A stretch of DNA of 64,000 bases from a virus. Made by a program: the position numbers and the translations under genes. Location: the IMG/VR virus record IMGVR_UViG_3300009370_001603, positions 32,001 to 96,000 of that record; one strand, given 5' to 3'. The notes below the pieces were generated by a model that saw nothing but the letters and a program-made list of their open reading frames with translations, made no database searches and was not told the origin of the DNA. Below, in pieces: positions 60,943 to 64,000 of the stretch; the first letter of the stretch is position 1, and the number at the start of each line of letters is the position of its first letter.

Positions 60943-63900
60943 TTAAGAATATCCTCCACCGGGGTCGCCTTCATCGCCACCGTCATCTCCGCCGGAGTCG
61001 GGAGCGTCACCGGTATCCTCATCTCCACCGTCATCTCCGCCGGGGTCGGGAGCGCCACCGGTATCAGCATCGTCGTCGTCGCCGCCACCGGGATCGGGAG
61101 CTTCACCCGTATCGTCGTCGTCATCGCCACCGTCACCTCCGCCGCCACCGCCTTGTACGCAGGGTTTTGTTGCAGTATGAATGACGGCGTGGGCGTGGTG
61201 TGATGGGTCTGTGTTTTCAGGTGGATCGTCGCATTCACAGCCGTCTGCGCAATCGCTTGATAATAGTGTCCACCCACCACCTGACGCGTCGTGTTCCCAT
61301 GTACATTGACCGCAGGTAATACAGCAGGGGCAGTCCGTTTTTGTTACTGGAACTTCAAATTCCCACACTGGCGGTTTAAAGCATAAATTGGTCGCGTCAG
61401 GATTCTGAGCTTGCAGCCGAGAGTACTTACCCTGACAAGTCTCAAGCCATCCCATCCACCGATCTGCCGAACTCTTTGGCTTTTGTGAATTGCAAGTAAA
61501 ACTATACTTCCAAGTATCACCATCAAAATCGCTGCCATCAGGATTTTTCTTGCCGCCACATGTAAACCTCTGCTGAGATGTTACGTAATAATATGTCCCG
61601 TTCTGACCGCCATCAAGCAGGTAACGTGCTGCCGACTCGGCAGTCATTGTCGCTTTCGGGTACAAGGAGACATCGTCTCCGGTGTAACTTGTCTCCTCGA
61701 AGCCGCATGTATTATTATCATCACTTCCAATAACCTTGAGTTTGGCGACTACTGAGAAACTACTCGGACATGAACAGTCGTTACAAGGCATCCAGCCATC
61801 AACTGTCGAGGCATTTGACTCGGGCGAGTAGCGTTCACAGTTATGATTGTCTTCACTCCATTTTGATTCACACCCATCTTTGCCGTGGTTCCATTTCTCA
61901 CTATCGTTACAATAGCCAAGGCAATCGGCTTCCTTTATGTTGTCTTCACACTCCCAGTCGCCCATAATTCTTAACCAATAATTTTCTTCAGTTTTGTGCT
62001 CATCGCCAAAAGGTGAACCGTCTGACCAAGTTGTCGGCCAACTCCAATGCCTTCTACAACACGATCCGTCACCGCAGCCAACCTGCTTCCACTCGGAGCC
62101 GGTAATGTAATCTGGAGCAATCTTCCCACAGTACCCCTCTGGCCAATCTTCTTCCCCACGCCCAGCGGATGGAAAAAACGCTCCGCCATCAACAACCCAA
62201 GGTTGATCAGATACTAAAGAATCGTCGATGATACGATCTGGACACGGGCATTTGCACCCATTATTCTCAGGTTCATCTGGATGTCTCATTGGCCACCCCG
62301 GCTTGTCATTTTCCCAATCGGTATTGCCCGCGCAAATATTAGCCCACTGTGTCTCCCATCCGGAGCCATATGCTGTTGCAAACTCTTCCTCAGTTGGTAA
62401 TTTCCAGTACCATACTCCATCAACCAGTTTTTTGACCCAATAACACGATCCGCAGGAAGGACCATCTTCGGGGGGGTCATCCCCACCTCCGGTGCCCGTG
62501 CCCTCTGTGCAAACCAGTCCATGCATCTCAGCTACATCATCGCAACCGGCGGAACAGGTTTGACCACCATCCCAGTAGCCATCCTTATCATCGCATTCTG
62601 CTTCGGTAAACATGCTACAGGTGAGACCGTACTCTCCGCAATAGCAGCATCGCCCCAGCGGGCCGGGGGGGCTAGTTGTAGTTGTGCCGCCGGGGGGGCT
62701 AGTTGTAGTTGTGCCGCCGGGGGTCGGCTCCGGGTCCGGGTCCGGGTCCGGGCCACCGCCACCGCCGGGACATCCTCCGGGCGGCTGTCTAGTATATCCA
62801 TCAGGACATGAAACGCAGCAGTTATCTAGGCCTTCGATAATTCCCCCGTCAGTTCCATCAGGCTTACAGCATGACACTCCACCACAGCCTGCATTGTCAG
62901 GACAATCGCCATCATCCTCGCAATCTGTGCCACCTGCCGCCTGACAGGGCGTACACGGACTAAAAAACTCTGGACAGCAGCAGCAACAGCCAACTGGATC
63001 GTTACAGAAAATCTCTACCTTAGTACCGTCATCATTACAACATTCTAGCTTTTGTCCCTCTGATGAAATTGTTATGCACGGACCCATGTTGGGACATCCG
63101 GGCTGAGGGTTAAGCGCGCAGCCAAGGTCACCGCGAAGGTCTGGATCAAGACATTCTGGGCACTCAGGATCTGGGGGTTCAGTGGTATTACAGCAGAGGC
63201 AATCATCGGATATATCGTCGCAGGGCGCAGGAAGTTGAAAAGTAATTCCATCGATTATTTCATCGCAATTTCCAGCCTCCCCGTGTCCGAAACCTTTCAA
63301 GCCATAACAGGTTTCCCCCTCATAATTCCATCTGAGCCACGCTGTTTCGGGCATCTGCGACTGACAAACTACTGTGGCTCTCCAGTCGTCACCACAGTCA
63401 AACGTACCCTCATCACTATATGTGATTGGGTCTGAACAGAGATCACCCCCAAGGCCGACGCCATTAAAGGTGTCAGTTTCATCCATTACGCAGTCTTCAC
63501 AGTCGGTTTTTACCCGAATGGGAATACTTAGTGTGGGTGGGCAGCAGCATTTTACGCAGGCTAAAGACCCTGCGTCTTCACACGTTTTACTCAGGGCGGT
63601 TCCGCCAAGGTCTTCGCATTGAGTCCTTGTTAGATTGACACACGTATGCACATCATCCTCACCGGGAAGGCAGCATCCAAGCTCTGGGTCGGGCGGATCA
63701 GTAGTGGGGGGTTGGGTAGTAGGGGGGGCGGTAGTAACGGGAGGCTGGGTAGTAGGCTCAGGGGTAGTGGTAATGCAGGTTATCTGAGCACATGTTTTAT
63801 CTCGGTAGAATCGAGAACACGGTTTTACTAGGCAGTCCCCTTCGCTGATGACGCTATCACAATTCGAGGGAGGGCACCCCTCTGTACCATAACAGCAGGC

Positions 63901-63954
63901 TCCGGTAGGCGGTGGTGGCGGCGTGACGCCATCACATTGACAACACTGTGTCAT
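60943..63954 (-). CDS. Cys-rich, Pro/Thr-rich, acidic modular protein (1003 aa) with GxCC repeats
   Basis: GACC, GCC, GRCC and GSCC modules; PTT mucin-like linkers; Gly/Asp repeat tail; AGGAG SD; no signal peptide. Confidence 0.8.
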   Translation of the reverse strand: MTQCCQCDGVTPPPPPTGACCYGTEGCPPSNCDSVISEGDCLVKPCSRFYRDKTCAQITCITTTPEPTTQPPVTTAPPTTQPPTTDPPDPELGCCLPGEDDVHTCVNLTRTQCEDLGGTALSKTCEDAGSLACVKCCCPPTLSIPIRVKTDCEDCVMDETDTFNGVGLGGDLCSDPITYSDEGTFDCGDDWRATVVCQSQMPETAWLRWNYEGETCYGLKGFGHGEAGNCDEIIDGITFQLPAPCDDISDDCLCCNTTEPPDPECPECLDPDLRGDLGCALNPQPGCPNMGPCITISSEGQKLECCNDDGTKVEIFCNDPVGCCCCCPEFFSPCTPCQAAGGTDCEDDGDCPDNAGCGGVSCCKPDGTDGGIIEGLDNCCVSCPDGYTRQPPGGCPGGGGGPDPDPDPEPTPGGTTTTSPPGGTTTTSPPGPLGRCCYCGEYGLTCSMFTEAECDDKDGYWDGGQTCSAGCDDVAEMHGLVCTEGTGTGGGDDPPEDGPSCGSCYWVKKLVDGVWYWKLPTEEEFATAYGSGWETQWANICAGNTDWENDKPGWPMRHPDEPENNGCKCPCPDRIIDDSLVSDQPWVVDGGAFFPSAGRGEEDWPEGYCGKIAPDYITGSEWKQVGCGDGSCCRRHWSWPTTWSDGSPFGDEHKTEENYWLRIMGDWECEDNIKEADCLGYCNDSEKWNHGKDGCESKWSEDNHNCERYSPESNASTVDGWMPCNDCSCPSSFSVVAKLKVIGSDDNNTCGFEETSYTGDDVSLYPKATMTAESAARYLLDGGQNGTYYYVTSQQRFTCGGKKNPDGSDFDGDTWKYSFTCNSQKPKSSADRWMGWLETCQGKYSRLQAQNPDATNLCFKPPVWEFEVPVTKTDCPCCITCGQCTWEHDASGGGWTLLSSDCADGCECDDPPENTDPSHHAHAVIHTATKPCVQGGGGGGDGGDDDDDTGEAPDPGGGDDDDADTGGAPDPGGDDGGDEDTGDAPDSGGDDGGDEGDPGGGYS
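60965..61145 (-). repeat. 48-bp/16-aa degenerate tandem repeat (TGxAPDxGGxDxxDxD)
   Basis: tcgggagc recurs at 60998, 61046 and 61094. Confidence 0.85.
62662..62752 (-). repeat. Perfect 27-bp tandem duplication followed by a (CCGGGT)n microsatellite
   Basis: gccgggggggctagttgtagttgtgcc x2.3 (62662-62723) encoding PGGTTTTSP; ccgggt x~4 (62730-62752) encoding (PD)n. Confidence 0.9.
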
Positions 63955-64000
63955 TACAAACTCCTAGTATAATTAAGATCCGTCGCCGGAGCAACTCACA

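Noticed and set aside
906-63831. Numerous opposite-strand and alternate-frame ORFs in the track (e.g. 906..1466, 7411..7992, 33086..33703, 57402..57899, 60912..61280)
   Set aside because: They overlap well-supported genes and lack SD sequences or motifs; these are shadow ORFs
60943-63954. Eukaryotic or giant-virus origin suggested by Cys-rich and FG-GAP proteins
   Set aside because: Shine-Dalgarno sites, overlapping operons, intrinsic terminators and tape-measure/tube genes indicate a prokaryotic tailed virus
1-64000. Stop-codon reassignment, as in some large phages
   Set aside because: Code 11 gives near-complete coding density, and genes end in TAA, TAG and TGA with tight overlaps

Overview
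This window is the morphogenesis region of a large tailed dsDNA phage (standard code; TAA, TAG and TGA all act as stops). Three + strand genes (Vsr/DUF559-type endonuclease, Rad52/Sak-like annealing protein, Zn-ribbon protein) converge at a terminator with about 62 kb of tightly packed - strand genes. Read from the right end, these are: a Cys/Pro/Thr-rich 1003-aa protein, a GT2 glycosyltransferase, a 1589-aa fibre, a PRTase-HAD fusion, a methyltransferase, two sulfotransferases, head-tail joining genes, a 1633-aa fibre, a tail terminator, an internally duplicated tail tube, paralogous tail chaperones, a 2469-aa tape measure, a 4260-aa FG-GAP/LamG giant and hub/tip proteins. An accessory block follows (ExbB/ExbD-like triad, HPPD-like VOC enzyme, small membrane protein, secreted trypsin-like protease). 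No capsid, portal, terminase, sheath, RNA gene or CRISPR array was recognised. Three signals stand out. (1) Many virion proteins are strongly enriched in Ser-Gly and sit beside glycosyl-, sulfo- and methyltransferases, suggesting a proteoglycan-like virion decoration system. (2) The tape measure carries two PD-(D/E)XK-like cassettes bracketed by repeated xAxGG motifs, suggesting injected effector cargo. (3) A GTGTATAA(T/A) promoter-like motif recurs in intergenic gaps. All calls come from reading motifs by eye; no searches were run.
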